A DNA stretch of 64,000 nt, from positions 5,220 to 69,219 of the forward strand of contig JAFVYZ010000045.1 of NCBI GenBank assembly GCA_017508425.1, written 5' to 3'. Below, one piece after another: positions 29,688 to 39,609 of the stretch. The DNA comes from Clostridia bacterium. Its GTDB lineage: Bacteria; Bacillota; Clostridia; Oscillospirales; CAG-272. Positions within the stretch are counted from its first letter, which is position 1, and each line of letters opens with the position of its first letter. Under the pieces are notes generated by a model. That model made no database searches, was not told the origin of the DNA, and was given only the letters and a program-made list of their open reading frames with translations. A program made the position numbers and the translations under genes.

Positions 29688-30290
29688 ATGGGATTCGGAC
29701 TGCTTTTGATCGGATATTTTTTGATGAACGTGCTGCCCGTGATATCGGTCTTTTCATCGGCCATGCTATTGGGGCTCCCGTTGATCCTTGTGGGCCTTTA
29801 CCGACTTTCGCCGTATCATAAAACCTTTTATTTCTCCTATTTTTTTACCTATACAGGTATCCCGTTTGCCCTTTATTATACGCTTTACGCGTTTGGCAAA
29901 TTGGGGGTAGTGCCGGCATTTGCTGCCCTTGGTGGGACGCTTTTTGCCGTGGTTCAATGGACCTATCTTATTTGGAGCTTGGCGTTTCATATCCTGGTGC
30001 TCCTTGGTGTCAGTAGGCTCTCGGGCGAGCTTGGGCTTTATGGCTTTCAAAGCAACGCCATAAGAAACCTGACCTTTTCAAGCATTTACTACGTGCTCTT
30101 TTTATTCGTAAGGCTACCGTTTTTTGAGGCCTACGCCAGACCCTTTGTGATTCCGCTGGTTATTTTACGTTATCTTTGTATTTTCTTGAACTTGTGGCTC
30201 TTTTTCCGCACTTGGCAGGTTATTTTGCCCGAGGGCAGTGATGCCGAGCCCCCCAAAGAAAGAAGAAAAGAGGAGGGCAAAAAACAATGA
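29688..30290 (+). CDS. Hypothetical polytopic membrane protein
   Basis: RBS AAAGGAG; about 6 hydrophobic segments. Confidence 0.75.
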   Translation: MGFGLLLIGYFLMNVLPVISVFSSAMLLGLPLILVGLYRLSPYHKTFYFSYFFTYTGIPFALYYTLYAFGKLGVVPAFAALGGTLFAVVQWTYLIWSLAFHILVLLGVSRLSGELGLYGFQSNAIRNLTFSSIYYVLFLFVRLPFFEAYARPFVIPLVILRYLCIFLNLWLFFRTWQVILPEGSDAEPPKERRKEEGKKQ

Positions 30291-31678
30291 AAGCAAGACC
30301 CATGGGATTTGTGCTCATTTTGATCGGCCTTTGCTTTTTCTTTAATCCCTATATGGCCGCGATCGACGTCCTGCCCGACTTTATCGGATGTCTTTTGATC
30401 GCACTCGGTCTTGTGCCGAGCTCGCGTGTCTTTTGGGGATTGAAGGATGCACGTCGCCGCTTTTTGATTCTAGCCGCGCTCGATGCCGTCAAACAGCTGA
30501 TGCTTGTTTTTATTTTCAGTAACACGGCGCTCGGTGAGCAAGAGGTGCTTTTGCTGATCGTGGCTTTCCTCAGCGCAACGGTGGAGACCTTGTTTGCCGT
30601 ACTTGCCATGCACACGCTCTTTGGCGGTCTTGCTTGGATGCTTGATTCTTTCGGACGAAAAGATCTTGTAACCGCTCCGGTCGGTAGCCGTTCAAGGACC
30701 GAACGTTTGGCGCGCTTTACCGTCATTTTTATTATTCTCAAGGAAGCACTTTTGCTGTTGCCTGAATTTGCGGCACTTTTGAACAGCACTTATGTATATT
30801 CCAATTTCGTAAATCTTTACGATTACATTGGTCTGATGCGTGCCTTGGTCATTTTCCCCGTGCTCGGCCTTGGCATTGCGTGGCTTTGCGCGGTGATCTC
30901 TTATTTCATACGCCTGCTCCGCGACCGTGACTTTATGCTCGACCTTCAGCAACAATACACCTCTTACCTTTCATCACATCCCGGCGTTCGCATTATGGCA
31001 AGGTATTTTTTGGCACTCCTGCTTTTGGCTTTTGGTGCCTTTTTTCTGACTGACTTTTATCTTGATTTCAAAAACATAATCTCGGATACAGTAGGCGGTT
31101 GCCTTTTGCTTGCAGGTGTGTTGCTCTTGGGCGCAAAAAAAAAGGTATGGCTTCCTGCGGCCGTTTCGGCTATGCTCTATACCGTAATCGCTGCGATATC
31201 CGGTGCAAAATCCTACAATTTTGTCTCATCACACATTGGTGCCGACATCACACGCAGTGAGGAGGTGGCGGCGCAGTACACCGAAATGTGGCTTTTTGCA
31301 CTTTTTGAGTTGCTCGTATTCCTTGCTTTTTTGGCATTTTTGCTCCTTACTCTACGTGCGATTCTTATCAAGTGGGGCGGATATCGCCCCGAGCACACCG
31401 ACGCCGACTTTGAAGAGCGCCACGAGCGTCGGATCCGCGATGAATTTGACTGGTATTTTATCAAGTGCTATATTTTCGGATTTATCAGCGCGCTCCTGTC
31501 ATTTTTGTTTGATTACATTAAAACATGGCCTGATACCGAGAAATTGCGTTACTTTGCACGCCTCATGGAGGCTCTTTGGATCCCCGATTTTATCATGGCG
31601 CTTTTCTTTGCCGTTTATTTCTCGTATTTACTGACCCTGGTATTTGCTAAAATCGGCGAGCGTTTTCAATATGAATGA
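30287..31678 (+). CDS. Hypothetical polytopic membrane protein, apparently internally duplicated
   Basis: RBS GGAGG; about 12 hydrophobic segments; IDVLPDFIG..L..GL and NIISDTVG..L..GV open the two halves. Confidence 0.8.
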   Translation: MKARPMGFVLILIGLCFFFNPYMAAIDVLPDFIGCLLIALGLVPSSRVFWGLKDARRRFLILAALDAVKQLMLVFIFSNTALGEQEVLLLIVAFLSATVETLFAVLAMHTLFGGLAWMLDSFGRKDLVTAPVGSRSRTERLARFTVIFIILKEALLLLPEFAALLNSTYVYSNFVNLYDYIGLMRALVIFPVLGLGIAWLCAVISYFIRLLRDRDFMLDLQQQYTSYLSSHPGVRIMARYFLALLLLAFGAFFLTDFYLDFKNIISDTVGGCLLLAGVLLLGAKKKVWLPAAVSAMLYTVIAAISGAKSYNFVSSHIGADITRSEEVAAQYTEMWLFALFELLVFLAFLAFLLLTLRAILIKWGGYRPEHTDADFEERHERRIRDEFDWYFIKCYIFGFISALLSFLFDYIKTWPDTEKLRYFARLMEALWIPDFIMALFFAVYFSYLLTLVFAKIGERFQYE

Positions 31679-31706
31679 ATAACCGTGCACTCGCACACAC
31701 AAACTA
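31677..31706 (+). promoter_or_regulatory. SigG-like (forespore) promoter
   Basis: GAATA-N18-CAAACTA versus sigG consensus GHATR-N17/18-CATWHTA. Confidence 0.6.
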
Positions 31707-31749
31707 CCAAGGAACACTTCGTGTTCGAAATCAAAGGGAGATTTGTGTG

Positions 31750-31902
31750 ATGCAAAACTACAATCAAAACAACAACCAAAATAACAATCAAAACAAGAGC
31801 AATCAAAGCAACAACCAAAATAAGAACCAGAACCAAAACCAAAACAAGAACAACCAAAGCAACAATCAAAATAACAATCAAAACAAGAACCAAAACCGTT
31901 AA
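31750..31902 (+). CDS. 50-aa Asn/Gln-rich small protein
   Basis: RBS AAGGGAG, ATG 31750, in-frame AAC/AAT/CAA/CAG codon variation, stop and terminator directly after. Confidence 0.78.
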   Translation: MQNYNQNNNQNNNQNKSNQSNNQNKNQNQNQNKNNQSNNQNNNQNKNQNR

Positions 31903-31920
31903 TTCGGGATTTTCCCGAGG

Positions 31921-31949
31921 GGCAGGGGCGCTTGTTCGCCCCTGCTTTT
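31921..31949 (+). terminator. Intrinsic terminator
   Basis: GCAGGGGCG-CTTGTT-CGCCCCTGC-TTTT. Confidence 0.8.
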
Positions 31950-31965
31950 ATAAGTGAGGATAATT

Positions 31966-34374
31966 ATGACTGAACTTGAAAACCGCTATCTTTCGGTCAA
32001 GCGCGCTCTTTTTGACCGCTACTACAATGCGTTAAACGAAGAGCAACGCCGTGCCGTATATCATATCAACGGACCGCTTTTGATATTGGCGGGTGCGGGA
32101 AGCGGCAAGACTACCGTGTTGGTCCACCGCATTGCCTACATACTTCGCTTTGGAAATGCATATCATAGCGATTACGTTCCCTTTGACCTGGATGCTGCCC
32201 ATGTGGACGCACTTGAAAAAACGGCCCGATCGAGCATCGATCGCGAGGAGCTGGAGGCGATCCTCTCAGAATTCACCAACAGTCCTTGCCCCCCTTGGCG
32301 TATTTTGGCAATTACCTTTACCAACAAGGCCGCAGGGGAGATCAAAGCGCGTCTTGCCGGCGCTTTTCCTGATGATCCGGACATTACAGGCAATATTTGG
32401 GCCGGTACCTTCCACTCGATCTGTATGAGGATCCTGCGCCGTTACACCGAGCTTGCAGGCCTGCGTCCCGGATTTTCGGTATATGATGCGGATGACAGCA
32501 AAAAAGCGATCCAAGCGATCTTAAAAGAGATGGATATTGGCGACGCCGTGCTTTCGGCAAAATCGGCGCAAAACTACATCAGTCGCGCCAAGGACCGTAT
32601 GATCACACCCGAAGAATATATGCTGGAATTCGGCAACGATGCAAGGCAAAAAACGGTGGCCGCCGTTTATGATGCTTATCAAAAACGCCTTGCCGCATCC
32701 AATGCGCTCGACTTTGATGACATTATTTGCCGCACGGTCAAGCTGCTTGAAGAAAACAAGGAGATCCTGCAAAGCTATCAAAGCCAGTTCCGTTACGTGT
32801 CGGTTGACGAGTATCAGGATACCAACGAAGCGCAGTTCCGCCTAACCGCTCTCCTTTCGGGTGGCTGGCGCAATTTGATGGTAGTGGGCGATGATGACCA
32901 AAGCATTTATAAGTTCCGCGGTGCGACCATTGCCAACATTCTCGGCTTTGACCGCGTGTTCAGCGATGCCGGTGTAATTCGCTTGGAGCAAAATTATCGA
33001 TCCACACAATCGATCCTTGATGCCGCAAACGCCATTATTTCGCACAACGAGGGGCGAAAAGGAAAAACCCTTTGGACCGATCGCGGCAAGGGAAGCAAGA
33101 TCCATTTGCTCAATCCCGACAATCAAAACACCGAGGCCCGCACCATCATCGATACCGTCATTCGTAAGGTGTCGAAGGAGGGAATGCACTACCGTGATTT
33201 TGCCGTTCTTTACCGTACCAATGCCCAATCCAACGCACTGGAAATGGCATTTACAAGAAGCGGCATCCCTTATCGTATGCTGGGCGGTGTACGTTTCACC
33301 GACCGAAAAGAGATCCGTGACCTGGTGGCCTACCTCCAGCTCATCAACAATCATGAGGACCAGGATCGCCTCCTGCGTATCGTAAACGAGCCTCGTCGCA
33401 AGATCGGTGACAAAACGCTTGCTGCAGTTGCCGAGATCGCAGCCTTTGAGGGCGTCTGTATGTTTGACGTTATGTCACGTGCTGATGCTTACGTTGCACT
33501 TGCGCGCTCGGCCTCCACGCTTATCGGCTTTACCAAGCTGATCAACGATCTTACCGATCTCTCGGGCGTGATGGCACTGGATGATTTCGTCAAAGAGGTT
33601 TTGGAGCGCACGGGTTACCGTCAAATGATCAAGGATATGGGGCCCGAAGAGGCCGATCGCCTTGACAACCTTGATGAATTTATTTCTAACGTAGTAGAAT
33701 ATCAAAATGAGACCGATACCCCAACCCTGGTTGAATTTTTGGAAGAAACCGCTCTTATTGCCGACGTTGACCGTTACGATGAGTCGGCCGACGCTGTGGT
33801 CCTGATGACCATCCATAGCGCCAAGGGCCTTGAGTTTCCCCAAGTCTTCTTGCCGGGATTTGAGGAGGGAATTTTCCCGGGACTTCAAACCGTGCTTGGC
33901 GGACAAGCTGAAATTGAGGAAGAGCGCCGCCTTGCATATGTTGCCGTCACGCGTGCTAAGGATGAGCTTTACATTCTGCACACCAAATCACGTATGCTTT
34001 ACGGCCGCACCAGCCCGAATCCTCCTTCACGCTTTTTGGCTGAGATCCCCGAGGAATTGCTGGAGCTGCCAAAGCCCGCTCCCGGCACTGCCGCTTACGC
34101 GCAAGGTGCCGCCCGACAAAATGCGGCACAGCGTTCTTACGGTGGACTGCGCACGGCAAGCGCCGACCGCATCACAGTCGGCCCCACGCGCTCGGCTGAT
34201 ACGGCAAGTGTGCCCGTCTTTGCAGTGGGCGATCGTGTGCGTCACGTGCTTTTTGGAGATGGCGATATTCTCTCGGCGCAAAAGATGGGAACAGACTGCC
34301 TTTACGAGATTGCATTTGATACCAAAGGTACCAAGAAGCTGATGGGAAAATACGCGAAGTTGAAGAAAATATGA
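31966..34374 (+). CDS. pcrA: ATP-dependent DNA helicase PcrA/UvrD
   Basis: AGAGSGKT, ITFTNKAA, VDEYQDTN, VGDDDQSIY.FRGA, TIHSAKGLEF, EERRLAYVAVTRA; C-terminal Tudor-like domain. Confidence 0.96.
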   Translation: MTELENRYLSVKRALFDRYYNALNEEQRRAVYHINGPLLILAGAGSGKTTVLVHRIAYILRFGNAYHSDYVPFDLDAAHVDALEKTARSSIDREELEAILSEFTNSPCPPWRILAITFTNKAAGEIKARLAGAFPDDPDITGNIWAGTFHSICMRILRRYTELAGLRPGFSVYDADDSKKAIQAILKEMDIGDAVLSAKSAQNYISRAKDRMITPEEYMLEFGNDARQKTVAAVYDAYQKRLAASNALDFDDIICRTVKLLEENKEILQSYQSQFRYVSVDEYQDTNEAQFRLTALLSGGWRNLMVVGDDDQSIYKFRGATIANILGFDRVFSDAGVIRLEQNYRSTQSILDAANAIISHNEGRKGKTLWTDRGKGSKIHLLNPDNQNTEARTIIDTVIRKVSKEGMHYRDFAVLYRTNAQSNALEMAFTRSGIPYRMLGGVRFTDRKEIRDLVAYLQLINNHEDQDRLLRIVNEPRRKIGDKTLAAVAEIAAFEGVCMFDVMSRADAYVALARSASTLIGFTKLINDLTDLSGVMALDDFVKEVLERTGYRQMIKDMGPEEADRLDNLDEFISNVVEYQNETDTPTLVEFLEETALIADVDRYDESADAVVLMTIHSAKGLEFPQVFLPGFEEGIFPGLQTVLGGQAEIEEERRLAYVAVTRAKDELYILHTKSRMLYGRTSPNPPSRFLAEIPEELLELPKPAPGTAAYAQGAARQNAAQRSYGGLRTASADRITVGPTRSADTASVPVFAVGDRVRHVLFGDGDILSAQKMGTDCLYEIAFDTKGTKKLMGKYAKLKKI

Positions 34375-34388
34375 AATGAGGTCGCATT

Positions 34389-35054
34389 ATGAAAGAAAAT
34401 AAGTTTTCATTTAGGCAATTAAGGCTCTTTGCCTTTGCCCTGTCCGCCCTGGCTCTGGTCTTCTTCGTTTTAGCTTGTGCAACCAACGATGGAACCGCGA
34501 TCTTCTTTGGAGTTATGGCTGCAGCTTCACTTTTTACCGGCTGCGTGTGCCTTTATCTCGCGCACCGTATTACCACCAAGCACACCAATTTTTTCTTGTT
34601 TGATCGCAGGCGCGGTATTACCCTGACTCCCGAAACGCTCACGTTTCCTTTTATCAATGACAATCTTACATATTTCCTTTCCGCCTATGTGGATAAGTCA
34701 CTGGACTTGTGGGAGGAGATCCCCAAAAACCTGGAAATGGCTTTTGAGGCAACGCCCGCTTATCGCACCCCCGTGGCCTTTCGCATGCTCCACGATATGT
34801 CTTTGCAGGAGGAAAAGGATATTGTACCGCTCTTTCTTGCTGCCGAGAAGCGCACGGTAGCTGCGCTTTGCCGCGCGATCAAAGCCGGCGGAGATAAGGA
34901 AATGGCGGATATCATCTTTGAAATGAAGTGTGATCCCGAGCGCTTATCTACGCGCATCGTACCGTTTTTCAAGAAAAACAAACGAATTTTTGAAGGTAGG
35001 CTCTATCATTACGTGAAAAATCATATTGATGAATTTGACACGGCCAAAAAATAA
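34389..35054 (+). CDS. Hypothetical protein with two N-terminal TM helices
   Basis: RBS GAGG; 221-aa ORF between pcrA and a terminator. Confidence 0.75.
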   Translation: MKENKFSFRQLRLFAFALSALALVFFVLACATNDGTAIFFGVMAAASLFTGCVCLYLAHRITTKHTNFFLFDRRRGITLTPETLTFPFINDNLTYFLSAYVDKSLDLWEEIPKNLEMAFEATPAYRTPVAFRMLHDMSLQEEKDIVPLFLAAEKRTVAALCRAIKAGGDKEMADIIFEMKCDPERLSTRIVPFFKKNKRIFEGRLYHYVKNHIDEFDTAKK

Positions 35055-35060
35055 AACAAT

Positions 35061-35097
35061 AAAAAACGCCTGCAACTCGGTTGCAGGCGTTTTTTTT
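35061..35097 (+). terminator. Intrinsic terminator
   Basis: AAAAAACGCCTGCAAC-TCG-GTTGCAGGCGTTTTTTT. Confidence 0.9.
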
Positions 35098-35170
35098 GCG
35101 CCAAAATTTGTGCCGCGTAAAGAAATAGAAGATGCTAAAAATAAGGATGGTGATGAAAGGAGTATTCGAT

Positions 35171-35950
35171 ATGAAACGAATTTTATTATTTTTCACGTGC
35201 CTCCTTATGTTGTCTTTAAATACCATAAGGATCGGCGCCGCTACACGCGAAATTCATTGGTACACCGTAAAAAACAAGGAGCACAAGCAAGCGTTGGTAC
35301 CGGGCGAGCTTGCAGAGGTAGAGAAGCACGGAGGAGTGTATATCGATCACCGTCATGGGGATGACAATCCCGACAAGATCATTTATCTTACCTTTGATGT
35401 GGGCTATGAAAACGGAAACGTTGAAAAAACACTCAATACACTCAAAGAAAAAAACGCGCCGGGGGCCTTTTTTGTTTTAAAGCATTTTGTGACCGAGCGC
35501 AGTGATCTTTTGTTGCGTATGAAGGCCGAAGGACACGATATTTGCAATCATACGGCCAGTCACAAAAATTTAGCACGCGCCACCGGGGAAGAGATAAAAG
35601 CCGAGATCGAGGAGCTTGAACGGGCTGTGGAATCGGTGACAGGCGAAGGGACCAAGGCGTATTTCAGGCCACCTGAGGGTACCTTCTCCATCGAAATGCT
35701 CGAACACGTTTGCGCGCTTGGCTATAAAACGGTATTTTGGAGCTTTGCTTATGCTGATTGGGACAACCAAAAGCAACCGGATCCTCAAAAAGCACTTGAA
35801 AAGATCCTTTGTCATGCGCACAACGGTGCGGTGATTTTATTGCACCCAACCTCCGCAACCAATGCCGAAATTTTGGGGGATCTGATCGATGCACTCAGGA
35901 AAGAGGGATACCGCTTCGGGAGGCTGGATGAATTATGCGTGGCACGCTGA
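35171..35950 (+). CDS. pdaA: Polysaccharide deacetylase, PdaA-like (spore cortex muramic delta-lactam synthesis)
   Basis: Signal peptide; IYLTFDVGYENG, NHTASH, YFRPPEG, FWSFAYADW, HNGAVILLH. Confidence 0.8.
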   Translation: MKRILLFFTCLLMLSLNTIRIGAATREIHWYTVKNKEHKQALVPGELAEVEKHGGVYIDHRHGDDNPDKIIYLTFDVGYENGNVEKTLNTLKEKNAPGAFFVLKHFVTERSDLLLRMKAEGHDICNHTASHKNLARATGEEIKAEIEELERAVESVTGEGTKAYFRPPEGTFSIEMLEHVCALGYKTVFWSFAYADWDNQKQPDPQKALEKILCHAHNGAVILLHPTSATNAEILGDLIDALRKEGYRFGRLDELCVAR

Positions 35951-36630
35951 AAAAAAGATTTCTCGCTCTCGCCCTCTCGCTTCTTACCATTTGCGCATTG
36001 ACGATGCCGGTATTTGCCTCGCCGAAGATCATTTATCGCCATACCGGCAGCAGCGAGAAGAAAAGGGTTGCACTTACCTTTGATGATGGCCCCCATCCGC
36101 GATACACGCCGCAAATTCTTGATATTTTGGCCGAATACGGCGTCGAAGCAACCTTTTTTACGGTGGGCTCGAACGTAGAGGCTTATCCCAAAATCATTGA
36201 AAGAGTGCTTGCCGAGGGACACGAGGTTGGCAATCACACGTATCACCATTACCACACCACCAACGTAAAGGGTGAGGTGTTGACCAAGGATATTTTGGAA
36301 TGCGGCCACATACTCAAAAAGCATACGGGACAGGTGCCGCACCTATTTCGGCCGCCCGAAGGTGTATTTAATGAGGAGATTAAGCAGCTTTGCGAGGAGC
36401 AGGGATATATTATCGTAATGTGGAGCGTCGATACCAGGGATTGGGCGCATCCTGCCATTGAAGATATTTGCAAAAACGTACGCGAAAACGTACGGGACGG
36501 TTCCATCATCTTAATGCATGATTTTATCGGCAAAAACAGTCCGACTCCTGCAGCACTTCGGCGTATCATACCGATGCTGCAGGAGTCGGGGTTTGAATTT
36601 GTTACAGTCAGTCGTTTGCTTGAGGGGTGA
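35935..36630 (+). CDS. Polysaccharide deacetylase (NodB/PdaB-like)
   Basis: ALTFDDGP, GNHTYHH, FRPPEG, WSVDTRDW, GSIILMHD. Confidence 0.9.
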   Translation: MRGTLKKRFLALALSLLTICALTMPVFASPKIIYRHTGSSEKKRVALTFDDGPHPRYTPQILDILAEYGVEATFFTVGSNVEAYPKIIERVLAEGHEVGNHTYHHYHTTNVKGEVLTKDILECGHILKKHTGQVPHLFRPPEGVFNEEIKQLCEEQGYIIVMWSVDTRDWAHPAIEDICKNVRENVRDGSIILMHDFIGKNSPTPAALRRIIPMLQESGFEFVTVSRLLEG

Positions 36631-37567
36631 TGTCCTCATCCTCATCGCTTACCTCATAAGGGTCGATCATATAACGCTTGATCGCGGGGTAAGCGGCATA
36701 CATTGAAATAAAGCCAAGGAGTGCAAGCAAATAGAAGAACGGAAGGATCAAGGGCACGGTAAAGCCAACCGAGAGGCCCCAAAGGATCGCCACAGCATTC
36801 AAAATCACTACGAAGAAAATACCGAGTACGGCAAGAACGTTGCGCTTGATGCCAAGCATTGTAAAGAGCAATGCGTTTTTGAGAAGCTTGTAGATCGAAA
36901 GATCAAAAGTAATCATCATCGGATAAATGTAAAAACGCATTGTGAGATAAAGAATGCCAAGAGCCAGCACCAGGCCGTACATCAGCCCGTAACCAAAGCC
37001 TTGAGACAGGGGATAGAAGAAGAAAATATCGGCGGCAAGCACGACGATCAGAGTAAGGTCCAAAATGCCGAAAAGAAGCCCCTGCTTTAAATTTCGGCGA
37101 ATGGCATAAAAGTAATCCGACCACAAGAAGGCCGAGTCACCGCGCACAAGACTGCGTAAATTGTATGCAGCCCCTACGTTTTGCCATCCCCACGTAATCA
37201 CGGTAAAGCCGATCATGATCGCGATAACGACCAATCTGCCGGTGGTCAAAACAGGAACGTTGAGCTGTCCGCCAAAAGCACCGATCAGTGTGGCGGCCGC
37301 CGGTGATCCTCCTGCAATATACGTGCCGAGCAAGGGGGCATATACAGCGTGCTCTACCGTCGGGGTCGTTGCACCGAAGAAATAGACCAGCAGCGCGACC
37401 ACAAGGGGAATGACTTGGAGCACCATCATCAAATTCAAGGTTAAAAGCTTTCCGGCCTTGCGCCAAAGCAGCTTAAAGAAAAATTTTAGTGTTGGCGTGG
37501 TATCCTCCGCCTCGGCATCCGGACGTTCTCTTTGTAAAAAAGACCACAATTTTTTTTGACTTCCCAT
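36608..37567 (-). CDS. YesL/DUF624-like membrane protein
   Basis: Multi-TM; LVRG...WSDYF.AIRRNLKQ, YPMMITFD...LLKNA; RBS AAAGGA. Confidence 0.65.
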   Translation of the reverse strand: MGSQKKLWSFLQRERPDAEAEDTTPTLKFFFKLLWRKAGKLLTLNLMMVLQVIPLVVALLVYFFGATTPTVEHAVYAPLLGTYIAGGSPAAATLIGAFGGQLNVPVLTTGRLVVIAIMIGFTVITWGWQNVGAAYNLRSLVRGDSAFLWSDYFYAIRRNLKQGLLFGILDLTLIVVLAADIFFFYPLSQGFGYGLMYGLVLALGILYLTMRFYIYPMMITFDLSIYKLLKNALLFTMLGIKRNVLAVLGIFFVVILNAVAILWGLSVGFTVPLILPFFYLLALLGFISMYAAYPAIKRYMIDPYEVSDEDEDITPQAND

Positions 37568-37588
37568 AAATTATCCTTTCTTTACGAT

Positions 37589-38119
37589 TCAAACCGTGGG
37601 CAAGTGCAACAGGAGCCTTGGCCACAAAAAATAGATTATTGCTGTAAAGAGCAGCAAAAGAATTGTTTCAAGAAAATATCTCCCAAACGGCCTTGAAAAC
37701 AAAAGGGTAAAATCACGTCCGTGATCCTCGTAAGAAAAACGGGCGGCACTCGAGGCCGTCAAGAGAAAAAGCAGCCCTGCGGCCGCAACCAAGAAAAAAC
37801 AAGCATTCCATACCCAAAACGAAGCCAGTCCCACCTTGGCAAAGCACGTGATGCGATGCATAAAATAAGCATCATAAAGCCCCTTGCCGATCGAAATTAA
37901 GCACAAATAGGCGTTGCTTACCGTTGATAAGGCCGCAAGGGCGGCTAAGACCACAAGCATTACCGAAACGGAAGCCACGCAGTCTAAAAAGGGAAGAGCC
38001 TTGGTGCTTTGGGTCGCCATCAAAATGCCGACCACTACTGCGCAGATGTAAAGAAGCGCATAACGCCAAAAAAGGCGCGCGTTGATGTTGACGCCATCGG
38101 TTGGTACAAGCTTATGCAC
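37589..38119 (-). CDS. Hypothetical membrane protein, possibly mother-cell sporulation (distant SpoIIM-like)
   Basis: 4-5 TM; GTG 38119 after GGGGGTG; sigE-like GCATA-N16-CATATAGT upstream. Confidence 0.6.
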   Translation of the reverse strand: MHKLVPTDGVNINARLFWRYALLYICAVVVGILMATQSTKALPFLDCVASVSVMLVVLAALAALSTVSNAYLCLISIGKGLYDAYFMHRITCFAKVGLASFWVWNACFFLVAAAGLLFLLTASSAARFSYEDHGRDFTLLFSRPFGRYFLETILLLLFTAIIYFLWPRLLLHLPTV

Positions 38120-38275
38120 ACCATCACCCCCTAAAAGCACTATATGGGAAGCGAAGGCGAGCTATGCTATTTTTCACTTACAATATATTTTAACATACTA
38201 AAAAGAAAAAATCAACCTCCAACGGCGAATAATAAAAGAAAAGAGCCCTTCAAATGAAAGAAGGACTCCTTTTTC

Positions 38276-39598
38276 TTATTTTGCCTCAGGCAAAGAATCG
38301 CGCAATAACACGTATTGCGGCTTTTCAAGGCCCTTAACCGATTTGGGAGTGATACGAACCTCGCCAACGTCTTTACGGGCAGGGATCTCATACATGGTTG
38401 AAAGCATCAAGTTCTCCATAATGGCGCGAAGGCCGCGTGCGCCGGTATTGCGCTCCAAGGCTAGCTCCGCAATTGCTTCAAGTGCGCCTTCTTCGAAGGA
38501 GAGCTTCACGCCGTCCATTTCAAAAAGCTTCTCGTATTGGCGAACAAGCGAATTTTTCGGTTCGCGGATGATTCGCACCAACGCCTCACGGTCCAGCTCA
38601 GTCAAGGATACGATCACGGGTACACGACCAACCAATTCGGGAATCAAGCCGTATTTGACGATATCCTGCGGTAATACGTCGCGGTAAAGACCCGCCTTTT
38701 TCTTTTCGGACTTCTTCAAGATCTCGCCGCCAAAGCCCACCGTTTGATTGCCCTTGCGCTTTTCGATCAACGCTTCAAGCCCCTCAAAGGCGCCGCCGCA
38801 GATAAATAAAATGTTTTTGGTATTGATTTGAATGAATTCTTGGTTCGGATGTTTACGCCCACCCTGAGGGGGAACATTTGCAACCGTACCCTCCAATATT
38901 TTAAGCAGTGCTTGCTGCACGCCCTCGCCCGACACGTCACGAGTGATAGAGCGATTTTCGCTTTTTCTGGCGATCTTGTCGATCTCATCAATATAAATGA
39001 TACCGCGCTCGGCCAGGGAAATGTCGAAATCCGCAGCTTGAATCAAGCGCAGAAGAATATTCTCAACATCCTCGCCCACATAACCGGCCTCGGTCAAGGT
39101 CGTGGCATCGGCAATGGCAAAGGGCACGTGCAATGTTTTGGCAAGCGTTTGGGCAAGATAAGTTTTTCCGACGCCCGTGGGACCCAGCAAAAGAACGTTG
39201 CTCTTTTGCAGCTCGATCTCATCGGTCCCGGCGGTGACTTCCTGCTTTTGACGGCGCTTTTTCGCACCGCCGGTTTTCTCGGCGTGCAAAATACGCTTGT
39301 AGTGATTGTAAACCGCTACCGACAGCGCAATCTTGGCGTCATCCTGCCCGATTACGTAAGCATCAAGTGCCGCTTTGATTTGAGTGGGACGGGGAAGCGT
39401 GTCAAGCGAAAAGCCCTGCTCGCTTTCCTTGGGAGCCTCGATCTCATCGAGAAAATCCGCGCAAGTATCTACGCAATAATTGCAAATATAAAGCCCTGTG
39501 GTGGAGGGAATGAGAATCGCCTGGTTTTCATTTCTACCGCAAAACGAGCAGTAGCCCATACCGCGTCCGCTCCCCTTACCGGAGGTTGTGTTTGCCAT
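38276..39598 (-). CDS. clpX: ATP-dependent Clp protease ATP-binding subunit
   Basis: CSFC..C..C zinc finger, [26 protein letters not shown]. Confidence 0.97.
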   Translation of the reverse strand: MANTTSGKGSGRGMGYCSFCGRNENQAILIPSTTGLYICNYCVDTCADFLDEIEAPKESEQGFSLDTLPRPTQIKAALDAYVIGQDDAKIALSVAVYNHYKRILHAEKTGGAKKRRQKQEVTAGTDEIELQKSNVLLLGPTGVGKTYLAQTLAKTLHVPFAIADATTLTEAGYVGEDVENILLRLIQAADFDISLAERGIIYIDEIDKIARKSENRSITRDVSGEGVQQALLKILEGTVANVPPQGGRKHPNQEFIQINTKNILFICGGAFEGLEALIEKRKGNQTVGFGGEILKKSEKKKAGLYRDVLPQDIVKYGLIPELVGRVPVIVSLTELDREALVRIIREPKNSLVRQYEKLFEMDGVKLSFEEGALEAIAELALERNTGARGLRAIMENLMLSTMYEIPARKDVGEVRITPKSVKGLEKPQYVLLRDSLPEAK

Positions 39599-39609
39599 AA
39601 TTACCTCAC

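Noticed and set aside
31666-31893. Poly-Val/Leu/Ile 75-aa minus-strand ORF
   Set aside because: Reverse complement of Asn/Gln codons; RBS, promoter and terminator all favour the plus strand.
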